Shown one piece after another: positions 26,101 to 38,205 of a stretch of DNA of 64,000 bases. The notes under the pieces were generated by a model that was not told the origin of the DNA, did not search any database, and saw nothing but the letters and a program-made list of their open reading frames with translations. Origin of the DNA: Azolla caroliniana (Eukaryota; Plantae; Polypodiophyta); the NCBI GenBank assembly GCA_043228905.1, contig JBHGNT010000009.1, positions 7,874,001-7,938,000 of the forward strand. Reading direction: 5' to 3'. The translations under genes were made by a program, and so were the position numbers. The first letter of the stretch is position 1, and each line of letters starts with the position of its first letter.

Positions 26101-26685
26101 TGTCAAGAGTCCTTATTTCCCTCTCGTTTACCACAAACTATGTTGGTACGTTACCTAACCTCAAGTCTCATAATTATGATGGCATATGCCAAAGTGCAAC
26201 CTAATGGTCAAGCCAAATGAGCCCTCTTTTCGTAGTAGGCCCACGTGGTCCATCACATGGTTACATCATTACGAATGCCTTTCGTAAGAATGATCTCTTG
26301 GTGGCATCGTATCTATGTAATGAGGGAGGGATGTTGGATGTGTGTCATAGGAGCAACCTCACATGAAGTGGGTCAAGCCCTATGTTCTCAACATCATTGT
26401 GGCTATGATCATTTCATTACGTAATGAAATTGAAGTGACCAACGGGGATGTCAACAAAAAAATTGTTGAAAAAAGGATGGTGACGCCATTCTCACAAAAA
26501 TGTGAGGACAACCACCAAGATCCTTTCCCCGAAAAGGAAACATTCGATATAGAAATCACGTAATAACTAATATACACATATGTATATTTATCACATATAT
26601 ACAATCAAATACGTATACACGTGACCACATATGCATATATTTAAAAAATTGTAATATCAAATAGCCAACAATGATGTAATCGAGA

Positions 26686-26955
26686 TACGTAATTGAGGCA
26701 TGTGGCCTCTACGCACACGAAACATCCAAAAATAAGGGTCAATTGTAATACGCAATTGAGGTATTGACCTCTTACACATACAACACCAAACACATATCAT
26801 TTAAATAGAAATCGAGGTATTGACCTCACACGCATATGTAACATATGTATGTGAACGTAATACGCAATTGAGGTATTAACCTTGTATGCATACGACATGA
26901 ATCACATATCAAATATATGTCAAATGAGGTATTGATCTCATACACATATGAATAC
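26686..26955. repeat. About 5 degenerate ~58-bp tandem units in the gypsy 5' leader
   Basis: Core like AATTGAGGTATTGACCTC recurs near 26691, 26754, 26810, 26866 and 26923. Confidence 0.75.
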
Positions 26956-27654
26956 GTTTTATACAACCAATCCATTACCACTACAACATCATTGAATCAA
27001 TAAAGAAAAAACATATTGACTATACATGATTAGATTGGGAGAAGAAAAAATAGAAAAAAAACAAGAAAGAGTTACCAAAGTTCCTTTGTTGATCGCTATC
27101 TAGATCAAGGTCGACCGCACGTCGATTGATCACCATCCATCAAGAATACAACAAAAACCAACAAAGGAAACATTAGAAACATAAGTTCTGATACCAATTG
27201 TTAGAGTGATGATCTAATGTAAGCATATAATAAGGATATAATATATAGGAAATAAGAAAGGAGTGAGAGAAAGAAGGGTGCCCATCCACCCTACCACCCT
27301 CAAGCAAAGGGATCGAGATGGACTCGAGCCCCGATCGGCGTCCCATACCACCGTCCTGGCGTCGAGTCGTACCCGGTGCTGGTGCGCTCACTACAAGAGA
27401 TGACCCACCACGAAATAGAGTCTCGACGTAGTCAAGAGATGATGAAATGAGGGTAGCTAGGCCTCATATTTATAGCGAGACCCATGGCCCCCAGGCAAGT
27501 TCACACTTGGCCTAATGGGTTATCTCAATCTCGAGGATTAAAAGTAACCCTCCCCTTCTTTACACTCTCGTTTAACCCTCACACTTATCCACATGTATAG
27601 AATACTACGGTAAATTCTCACCACGGGATATTATATGGTCATGCCCATAACACA

Positions 27655-28220
27655 ACATCTCAGATTCGATGCTTGGACATATACAAGATGCTCTGCTTCC
27701 AAAAGAAGCTTGGGACTGTTTAGTGTAACTATTTGAAGTAAATACAAAGGCAAGAAAACTTCAGTTGAAGACTGAACTAAATACCTTGGAAAAAGGTAAG
27801 ATGTCAGTAAATGAGTATGCTCTGAAAATAAAGAGCATATGTGAATCACTTGCTTCTATTAATGTGAAGTTAGAAGATGATAATAAAGTAGAAGTATGCT
27901 TAATGGGCTTAGGACCTCAATATAAAAGTTTCAAAACATCCATTCTCACAAGGGATAGCATCCCAAGTTTTACAAATCTGGTTTCAATGCTTGTAGTGGA
28001 AGAAAGAAATCAGATTGAAGATATAAACAAAGGAAACTCTGAAACTGAGGGGCAAGCTCTCTACAATAGTGTTGGACAAGCCCGAGGAAGAGGCCATGGC
28101 AAATATGGTTCAACCAAAAAAAAAAAAATTATCAAGGAAGAGGACAACAAGCTATAAGTGGAAGAAATAACATCAGAGGCAGGGGGAGCAATCGAGGCAG
28201 AGGTAAATGCAGGTGATAAC
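27655..28220 (+). pseudogene. Copia gag (UBN2-type) fragment
   Basis: KLQLKTELNTLEKGKMSVNEYALKIKSICESLASINV...LVSMLVVEE followed by RGRG repeats. Confidence 0.8.
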
Positions 28221-28487
28221 ACTAGTGGGCACTCACATATGTTGAGAGAGGAACAAGGTCAGTGAAATAATATGCAAAACTTATTGGATTGGGTTTATTT
28301 ATGGCAAATGACACACCCACATGTTCTTGGTTTTACCTTTCATGATACCGCCCAATCCGGATGTCGTGAAGTACGAAAGCTTCACGTTAAAAGTCTACAA
28401 TAAGATAAATACATAACTAAAATAAAATAAATCTTGATAATGTTTTATAAAGATAATATTAAACATTATACATTATATGTAGAGGTA

Positions 28488-28949
28488 TGTAAAGAATCGG
28501 GTATGATTCTTGTGTAGCGGAAGAGATGTGTGTTATGTGTATGTGTGAGAGGAATTAGAGGAGAGAAGAGAGAACACAAGATAGATAGATAAGAACACAA
28601 TGAAGTACTCAAGAAGAAGATATATATTCACAAGTAGAAGGACAGATACAAAAATGTAACATTACAAGGAGTCACAACCGACTAAATATGAAGTGTGAGG
28701 AGGGTGCTTTATATAGAGTCACCCTCTCTCTTCATTAACTAACTACAACAACCACTCTCTCTCTTGGGGAATGTGAAGACTCATAGTCATGGGGAATATG
28801 TAACTCATTAGTTATGTGTCATAGAATATGATTCTATGACACATAGTTAATGTGTAGAGAGTAGTGGTGTGACTCTTGATCTTTGAGTAATCATAGATTC
28901 TCAAAAGGTGTGTTAACATGTTGCACTATGTTGAGCTTGATTCTCAACA
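28488..28949 (-). mobile_element. Copia solo LTR (family of 1545-2003)
   Basis: TGTAAAGAATC...TTCTCAACA; flanks AGGTA/AGGAA. Confidence 0.92.
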
Positions 28950-28980
28950 AGGAAAATAAAAAATATGTATATTATATTAC

Positions 28981-29205
28981 ATGGACTATAACCAATAACC
29001 CCCCACCTTACGACTCTCAAACCTTACCATTTACCCTATATTTGTATTGTATAAAAATGCATTGTTTTATTTGAAGTATTATTGTATGGTTTAAACCATA
29101 TAATGTACTACATGTGCACCATATAGCATATTACATTGGCAAGAGAGGACTTGAACCAACAACATCTACCTTACAAGTCTCAAACCTTACCATTTACCCA
29201 ATATC
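28981..29205 (-). promoter_or_regulatory. Two tRNA-like A/B-box cassettes in LTR U3 (28981-29040 and 29138-29205)
   Basis: Reverse complements: TAGGGTAAATGGTAAG...GGTTATAGTCC and TTGGGTAAATGGTAAG...GGTTCAAGTCCTCTCTTG; homologous to 22296-22361. Confidence 0.55.
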
Positions 29206-32200
29206 CATGACTTATATATACATGTATGTCTTAATGTTAACATGCAGAAGTGTTAGACAGAACCGGCTCAACCGGATAGCAACAAACAATAAGATGAAGG
29301 TTTAATGGAGAACCTTAATACACAGAGAGTATACACGGGAGAGACAGATAGAGCATAACGTAAACGTAGATTCAAAATAATAAAAACACTCTGTACATAC
29401 AACGTGCTAAACAACACTATTTATACAAGTCCTCAAAAGGACTGACAAAAGTACTATGTACTTCAATGCTCATACAAGCGACTGACACTAACTATGAGAC
29501 AATGATTACCTAGTAGTCTAGGCTACTACTAGGCTTTCGGCTCGCACTCGAATCTTGGTCGTCCTTCTGGATACCCATCTGGCTCATCCTTCCGGATGCC
29601 GATCCGGCTCTCCATTCCAGATACCGATCCGGCTCTAGCTTATTCGGCCGATCCGGATCCGGTTGAGCTTGCTCGTTCAACACTCCCTCTCAAGCTCAAC
29701 TTGAGGTCGGATCGTGGTGTTAGTGTCTATGGCAGTCGGTCCTTCCACCCTGCTCCTTCTGGTGTCGTCCCGCCTTGCTCGCGCTCCTCATCCGGTCCTG
29801 CTCCGCTTCCCATGACCTGTCTGGTACTGCGCACCTCGACCTCCTTGGTTGGCTTGTCTGCTCAATAGGCCCATTTCAGCTCCTTCACTGTTATGACTAC
29901 GGCACTTGTCAGTCCATCGATTCCTCCGTGTCGGTGTCGACTTCCACTGCCTTCTCGTCCGGTTGTCCTTTAGTTGATCCGGCTTCTCCGAATCTTGTAC
30001 CAAATCGGCTTCCTCTGATTCGTTCCAACTCTTGTCCGAGTTGGTAGTCTCCAACTCGTCTTCCGTTTTTAGGCCCTTCACCACATCGGACCACGTCCGG
30101 GTCTTGGCCTTCTTCCGGTCGGCTCTTTCCTTCTTGACTCTACTATCGATGTCGTTTGCTCTAACTTGTTCAGATGTGCCGACTCCTTCGGTCAACTCGG
30201 CTACCTTTTTCCTCTTATCTCCCCCTTTGTTTATTCTTCCCTTTCCGGTTCTTTGTCCAGTGCCGTCAGTAGTTTCTTTGACTTTGCCCGTTATGGCATC
30301 AGTTTTTTTTGTTAGGATTTCGGTCCCTCCGGATGGGATATGATGAGTACCCGGCAAGGAAGACCCGGTGACAATCGGATGACGTAGACCCGGTGAGAAC
30401 CTCCCACCGGGTGAAGGGACATATATGTAAATATGTTTCTGGTAGCCCATTGTAGCTATATTTGTAAATAGCCCGAAAGTCATATTAGTATAAATATGAC
30501 CTAGGGCAAACAGAGTAGTGTTGTGATTATCTTGTATAGGGTTATTGGTGTAACTATTGTACAGAGCGTAGCTGAGCAAAAGAGAGACAGAGAGAGACAG
30601 AGAGACAATGTGTGTCTCTGTTGTAACCGCCGCCAGGCAAAGATTGTGAACACGAGGTCGTTGCCTTTGTGTTCCCCTCTTGTATTCCTCTTAGACACAG
30701 TGATAGTTTGGAGCTTGTGGGCTCCCGTGGTTTTTCTCGTTTAGGGTTTTCCACATAAACATATCGTGTACTCTCTTTCAGAGTTTTTTTGTGTATATGT
30801 GCATCTATCTCCACATTCCCATTTTTGTGTTTGTAATTCTCAACGAAGTAAATGAAGACTCGATTGTGGCCGAGAATTATTCCGCATATTCTCTACAAAC
30901 TGGTATTAGATCAAAACGACATGGAAAAATAGAAGATTCGTTGGGAGGCATGTTCAAGCTCACTGGCTCCAACTACTCAGTGTGTAAGTCGAAGATGAGG
31001 GACATGCTGGTGGTTAAAGATCTTTGGTTGCCGGTTCAGTTCAGGGATAAGAGACCGAACAAGATCGATGCCATGATATGGGAGGTGATGCACATGAAGA
31101 CAACAACGTACATACGGTGCTTCATCGACATGAGCCTGTACAACAACTTCAATGAGGAGAGTAAGGTTCATGAGCTCTGGGAGAAGATCGGCATTATGTT
31201 TCAGAACAAAAATGTTGTTAATCAGGTTTCGGTATTTCAGAAGCTAGTTAGGCTCCAGTACCAAGACGGCTCTAGTATGGCGGAGCACATGAATGCCTTC
31301 CAAGGGCTGATTCACCAAGCAACCTCGTTGGAAGTACCTCTCACCGATGAGGAACTTGCTCTACTCCTGCTCGGTTCCCTCCCGGATAGCTGGGAGACGT
31401 TAGTTGTCACTTTGGGAAACGTCGGGCCGGAAGGAAAACAATTATCCCTAGCAAGAGTCAAGTCGAGCTTGCTAGATGAGGAGGTGCGTCGGAAAGACAA
31501 GGATACGAGCTCCGACTCGAAAGCGCTCCTTACCAAATCGGAACGCGGAAGACAAAAGAACCGTAGTCCCTAGAACCAGGAAAAGTCGGGGACACGGTCA
31601 AAGTCAAGGGGAAGGCCCACTTGCTTCTACTGTGGGAAGTCGGGGCACTTCCAGAAGAACTGTTGGCATTTCCGGAAAGAGAAGGAAACCGACAGTACCG
31701 ATTCGAAGCGGTCACCGGACCGGAAGGGAACAACGGCAATCGCGGCAAGTGAAGAGGAGTTGATGCTCATCACCATGGAGACTGAGTTGAACCTTGCCGA
31801 CGACAAGACAATGTGGGTTATCGATTCCGGAGCGTCGTTCCACCTTACCCCGGATTGGAAATGCTTCTCATCCTACACAGCCGGTGAGCACAAATGTGTC
31901 CGGATGGGGAATGAAGGTACATGCCAAATTGTCGGCATAGGAGACGTGTGGTTGACAACACCAACCGGATGCAAGTTACTGTTGAAGGATGTCCAACACG
32001 TTCCGGAGGTTCGATTGAACCTGATATCAGCCGATTGGCTGGATGACGAAGGCTACACGGGTAGCATCTAGAACGGTGTTATGAAGTTCAACAAAGGGAG
32101 CCTAATAGTGGCTCGGGCCTGGAAAGTCAACACATTGTACCTGATGAATGTCCGGTTATGCCCGGAAGAAGTGAACGTTGCATCCGACACTACCAGTGAG

Positions 32201-33499
32201 TTATGGCACAAGAGATTGTGTCACATGAGCGAGAAGGGGATGAAGAGGCTTGCCGATGACAACCTCATTCTGGTGAAAGATGTGCATCTGGAGAAGTGCA
32301 CCGACTGCCTGGCCAGTAAGCAAAAACCGACCTCCTTCCGCTTAAGGCCACCGATGAGACGTAATACACCACTGGAGCTGGTGCATACCGATGTGTGTCA
32401 AGTGGACATGAAGTCACATGCCGGATCGCAGTACTTTGTGACATTCATAGACGACCACAACCGGAAGCTGTGGACCACACCGTTGAAGACGAAGGATCAG
32501 GTGTTATCCGTCTTCAAGGAGCTCCACGCGAGAGTGGAAAGAGAAACCAGCCAGAAGCTGAAGGCGGTTCGAGCATATAACGAAGGAGAATACCGGGGGC
32601 AGTTCGAGGAGTATTGCCACTCGAAGGGAATTCGGCTCGAATTTACCGTGCCGAAGACGTTTTGGGCTGAGGCGATGTCGACAACGACGTATGTGATAAA
32701 CATATCACCCTCAATGCCCTTGGACGGAGACACGCCACAGAGAGAATGGACTGGTAAGGAAGTGTCTTATCGGCACCTGAAGGTGTTCGAGTGTCTCGCG
32801 TACGTGCATGTTGTTAAGGACCAGAGAGGAAAGTTAGATCCAAAGACCCGGCTATGCATATTCCTCAGATACGGCGATGATGAGTTCGACTATTGAGTGT
32901 GGGATCCGGTCGACAAGAAGGTTTTCTGGAGTCGAGATATTATATTCATGGAGGACAAGACCCTCGTCGACTTGGAATTGGAGAAGAAGATAATGAACTC
33001 TGAGTCGACCAGTAAGGATCGATTTGATGAGATTCGGATCAGATTCGGATGAAGAACAGACACAGGAGCCGGTTACTGAAAACCAACAATGGAGATATCC
33101 TCTCTGGGAAAGAAGAGCCCCTCGGAGATTTCCAGATGCAGATCATGTGTTGCTGACCGATGAGGGGGAGCCGGAAAGCTTCGAAGAAGCGAAGGATGAC
33201 ACCCATAGCTGCAAGTGGTTAAGTGTCATGCAGGATGATATGGATTCCCTACATGAGGACCACACGTATGAATTGGTGGAGTTGCCAAAAGGAAAGAGGG
33301 CACTCTCAAACAAGTGGGTGTACAAGCTCACACTATGTAAAACAATAAAATAATAAAATAAGTACTTTATATTAGCTTAATGGCATGTTATAGAAAGATG
33401 GATGTTTGAGAAGATAAGGAAAATAGTGTTGGGAGACAGGTCCCTCCGGATGGGAAGGGAGAAGAACAGTGCCGACGAACAATCGGGCCTCGGCCGAAA

Positions 33500-33665
33500 C
33501 CGGAAGAGGAGTACCCGGCTACGGAGAGCCGGATGGTGCAGGCCCGGTGAGAACCGGATGAGGAGTACCCGGCTACGGAGAGCCGGATGGTGCAGGCCCG
33601 GTGAGAACCGGATGAGGAGCACCCGGCTACGGAGAGCTGGATGACGCAGACCCGGTGAGAACCGG
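33500..33665. repeat. 3 x 54-bp tandem repeat in U3 of element B (also about 38290-38455)
   Basis: GAGTACCCGGCTACGGAGAGCCGGATGGTGCAGGCCCGGTGAGAACCGGATGAG unit. Confidence 0.92.
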
Positions 33666-34159
33666 AGGAAGAGACATATCCGTAAATATGTTTCTGAGAG
33701 CCCATCGAGGCTATATTTGTAAATAGCTGAAAAGTCATATTAGTATAAATATGACTTAGGGCAAACCTTTAGTTGTTGTTGTCATTTTTCTTGTTGGTGC
33801 AAGAAGAAGAGAGAGCACGTAATAGTGTACAGAGAGAGAGAGAGAAAGAGGTCGTTGCCTCTGTTGTAACCGCCGCCTGTGGCGAGGATCATGAGTACGA
33901 GGTCGTTGCCTCCGTGAACTCACTGCTTTGTACATTCCAACATAGTGATAGTTTGCAGCCTGCGGGCTGTCGTGGTTTTTCCCTCTTTGGGTTTTCCACG
34001 TAAACATTCTGTGTATTTTTTTTTTTTTCTCTCCTTTGTGTCACGTGCATTTATTTCCCGTTTTCTGTGTATGATCCTAAGCTCGGTTGTGGCCGAGCGT
34101 TGCGTAGAGGGAGCGTTTAGTTCCCGTCAAGTGGTATCAGAGCGAAACGACACAGAAAT

Positions 34160-37100
34160 ATGGACGAATCGTTTAGCGGCATGTTCAAGCTCACCGACTC
34201 CAACTATTCGGTATGGAAGTCGAAGATGAGGGACATGCTCGTGGTTAAAGACCTCTGGCTGCCGGTTCAGTTCGGGGACAAGAGACCGGACAAAATCGAC
34301 GCCGCGATATGGGAGGTGATCCACATGAAGACAACGGCGTACATACAGTGCTTCATCGACATGAGCCTATACAACAACTTCAATGAAGAGAGCAAAGCTC
34401 ATGAGCTCTGGGAGAAGATCGGCATAATGTTTCAAAACAAAAATGTTGTTATTCAAGTTTCGGTATTCCGAAAGCTAGTAAGACTCCGGTACCAAGATGG
34501 CTCCAGTATGGCGAAGCACATGAACGCCTTCCAGGGGCTGATCCACCAGGCAACTTCATTGGAAGTACCTCTCGCCGATGAGGTACTAGCGCTACTCCTG
34601 CTTGGTTCCCTCCCGGATAGCTGGGAGACGTTGGTTGTCACTTTGGGCAACGCCGGGCCGGAAGGAAAACGGTTATCCCTAGCAAGAGTAAAGTCGAGCT
34701 TGCTAGATGAGGAGGCGCGTCGGAAAGATAAAGATACGAGCTCTGACTCCAAAGCGCTCCTTACCGAATCGGAACGCGGAAGACATAGAAACCGTAGTCC
34801 CCAGAACCGGGAGAAGTCGGGGACACGGTCAAAGTCAAGGGGGAGGCCCACTTGCTTCTATTGCGGCAAGCCGGGTCACTTCCAAAAGAATTGTCGGCAT
34901 TTCCGTAAAGACAAGGAAACCAACGGTACCGACTCAAAGCGAACCCCGGACTGGAACGATAAAGACCGGAAGGGGACGGACCGGAAGGGAACGACGGCAA
35001 TCGCGGCAAATGAAGAAGAGTTGATGCTCATCACCGAGGAGAGTGAGATAAACCTTGCCGGCGACAAGATGACCTGGGTGGTAGACTCCGGAGCATCGTT
35101 CCACCTTACCCCGGACCGGAAATGCTTCTCATCCTACTCAGCCGGTGACCACGGCTGTGTCAGGATGGGGAATGAAGGTACATGCCGAATTGTCGGCATA
35201 GGAGACATGTGGTTGTCAACACCAACCGGATGCAAGTTGCTGTTGAAGGATGTCCGACACGTTCCGGAGGTTCGTCTAAACGTGATATCAGCCGGTCGGC
35301 TAGATGATGAAGGCTACATGGGTAGCATCGGGAACGGTGTCATGAAGTTCAGCAAAGGGAGCCTGATTGTGGCTCGGGCCCGGAAGGTCAACACACTGTA
35401 CCTGATGAATGCTCGGTTATGCCCGAAAGAAGTGAACGTGGCATCTGACACTGTCGGTGAGTTGTGGCACAAGAGGCTGTGTCATATGAGCGAGAAGGGG
35501 ATGAAGAGGCTTGCAGACGACAACCTCATTCCAGTGAAGAACGTGCACTTAGAGAAGTGCACTGATTCTCTGGCCGGTAAGCAGAACCGGACCTCCTTCC
35601 GACCAAGACCACCGATGAGACATAATGCACCACTGGAGTTGGTGCATACGTATGTGTGTCAAGTAGACACGAAGTCACATGCCGGAGCGCAGTACTTCGT
35701 GACGTTCATAGATGACCACAGCCGGAAGCTGTGGGCCACACCGCTGAAGACGAAGGATCAGGTGCTATCCGTCTTCAAGGAGCTCCACACGAGAGTGGAA
35801 AGAGAAACCGGCCGGAAGCTGAAGGCGGTTCGAGCAGATAACGGAGGAGAATACCGGGGGCAGTTCGAGGAGTACTGCCGCTCGAAGGGAATCCGGCTCG
35901 AATTTACCGTGCCGAAGACACCGGAACTAAACGGACTGGCCAAGAGGATGAACCGGACCATAATGGAGAGGGTCCGGAGTATGCTAGCGCATGCAAAACT
36001 ACCCAAGAAGTTTTGGGCTGAGGCATTGTCGACGACGACATACGTGATAAACAGATCACCCTCAGTACCCTTGGACGGAGACACGTCACAGAGAGTATGG
36101 ACCGGTAAGGAAGTGTCCTACCGGCATCTGAAGGTGTTCGGGTGTCTCGCGTACGTGCATGTAGCAAAGGACCGGAGAGGAAAGTTAGATCCAAAGACCC
36201 GGCCATGCATATTCCTCGGTTACGGTGACGATGAGTTCGGCTACCGAGTGTGGGACCCGGTCGACAAGAAGGTATTCCGGAGTCGAGATATTGTCTTCAT
36301 GGAGGACAAGACGCTCGCCGACTAGGAGTCGGAGAAGAAGATAATGAACTCCGAGTCGACCGGTGAGGATCGACTCTACGATGAGGAGACCCAACCGGCG
36401 AGAGACCGGTTAGAACTCGAAGAACCAGCCGGATATGGTGAGGATACCGAACCGGCAGAAGAAGAAGTAGAGGAAGCTGAGACCGGAACCGACCTAGACC
36501 CCGAATCGGATTCGGATGAAGAACAAATGGAGGAGCCTGCTACCGAAGCCCAAAGACGGAGATATCCTCTCAGAGAGAGAAGGCCCCCCCGGAGATTTTC
36601 GGATGCAGAGCATGTTCTGCTGACCGATGAGGGGGAGCCGGAAAGCTTCAAAGAAGCGAAGGATGACACCCACAGCCGAAAATGGTTAAGTGCCATGCAG
36701 GACGAGATGGATTCCCTGCATGAGAACCATACGTACGAATTGGTGGAGTTGCCGAAAGGAAAGCGGGTACTCCGTAACAAGTGGGTGTACAAGCTAAAAC
36801 CGGGAGATGCCGGCAAAACCCCGAGATACAAAGCCAGGATCGTGGTGAAGGGGTTCCAGCAGAGGAAGGGCGTGGACTTCGACGAGATATTTGCCCCGGT
36901 AGTAAAGATGACCTCCATCCGAACGGTGCTGAGTATAGCGGCAAGCATGGACCTTGAGGTAGAGCAACTGGACATGAAGACGGCATTCCCTCACGTCGAC
37001 CTCGAAGAGGAGATCTACATGCAGCAACCGGAAGGATTTGTGGAGAAAGGGAAGGAGCACCTGGTATGCCGGCTGAAGAAGAGCCTGTACGGACTAAAGC

Positions 37101-38205
37101 AGGCTCCCCGACAATGGTACCGGAAGTTCGATTCCTTCATGACCGATCAAGGGTACCACAAGACGCAGGCCGATCACTGCGTGTTTGTGAAGAAGTACGA
37201 AGGAGGCGACTTCTTGATACTCCTCCTGTATGTGGATGACATGTTGATCGTCGGACGTGACCAAGTCAAAATATGGATGCTGAAGAAGGCTCTCAACCGG
37301 ACCTTCTCAATGAAAGACTTGGGTCCGGCAAGACAGATGCTGGGGATGCATATCATTCGGGACCGGTCAAAGAAGCAATTATGGTTGTCACAGGAGAAGT
37401 ACGTGACAAAGGTGCTTCACCGGTTCAACATGTCAGAAGCAAAACCGGTCGGATCGACACTTCCGGCAAATTGCAAGCTATCCGGTAAGCAAAGCCCGAA
37501 GACGAAAGCAGAGAAGGCGGATATGATGAAGATTCCATATGCCTCTGCCGTCGGGAGCTTGATGTACGCAATGGTTTGTACCCGATCGGACATAGGATAC
37601 GCAGTCGGAGTGGTGAGCTGGTTTATGAGCAATTCCGGCAAGGAGCACTGGAACGCGGTCAAATGGATACTCCGGTATTTGAAGGGCACTTCAAATATGT
37701 GTCTCCGATTCGGCTCCGGAAAACCTCAACTGGACGGTTTCACCGATTCGGACATGTCGGCTGATGTGGATACCAGCCGGTCTACATCCGGGTATGTAAT
37801 GACATATGCAGGGGGAGCTGTTTCGTGCAGTCGAGGCTGCAGAAGATGGTTGCATTGTCAACCACAGAGGCGGAGTACATGGCGGCTGTGGAAGCCAGCA
37901 AGGAAATATTATGGATGAAGGACTTCATCGGAGAGCTCGGTATCCGGCAAGAGGAATACCGACTCTATTGCGATAGTCAAAGTGCCATCCACCTTGCTAA
38001 GAATGCGGCCTACCATTCTCGGACGAAGCATATCCAGCGAAGATATCACTGGATCCGGGAAAGAGTAGATGACCAGGAGTTCGCGCTGATGAAAATCCAC
38101 ACGGCCGAGAACGGGTCAGATATGCTGACCAAAGTTCTGATACCCGACAAGCTGGATGCATGCCAGAAGCGGATCGGACTGATAAGACACCCCATGCCAG
38201 AGTGA
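34160..38205 (+). pseudogene. Copia gag-pol with one in-frame stop (36323-36325) and one frameshift (about 37827)
   Basis: CX2CX4HX4C knuckle, WVVDSGAS protease, integrase core, LLYVDDM RT, RNase H; ORFs at 34160 and 36344 share a frame. Confidence 0.95.

Larger units (their letters stand above)
22545..27652 (-). mobile_element. Decayed Ty3/gypsy (chromovirus-like) element: 5' LTR 27199-27652, PBS 27185-27196, long leader, gag-PR-RT-RH; integrase and 3' LTR missing
   Basis: TGGTATCAGAAC PBS; gag 25015-25422; PR FLFDSGSSHNFV at about 24440-24478; [15 protein letters not shown]...[12 protein letters not shown]...[10 protein letters not shown]; RH FEVETDASDYAIG. Confidence 0.9.

Noticed and set aside
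33500-33665. CRISPR-like array
   Set aside because: Head-to-tail 54-bp units with no unique spacers, inside a eukaryotic LTR
36323-36325. Programmed stop-codon readthrough in pol (also 60394-60396)
   Set aside because: TAG sits where relatives have TGG or a probable CAG; best explained by deamination of methylated C
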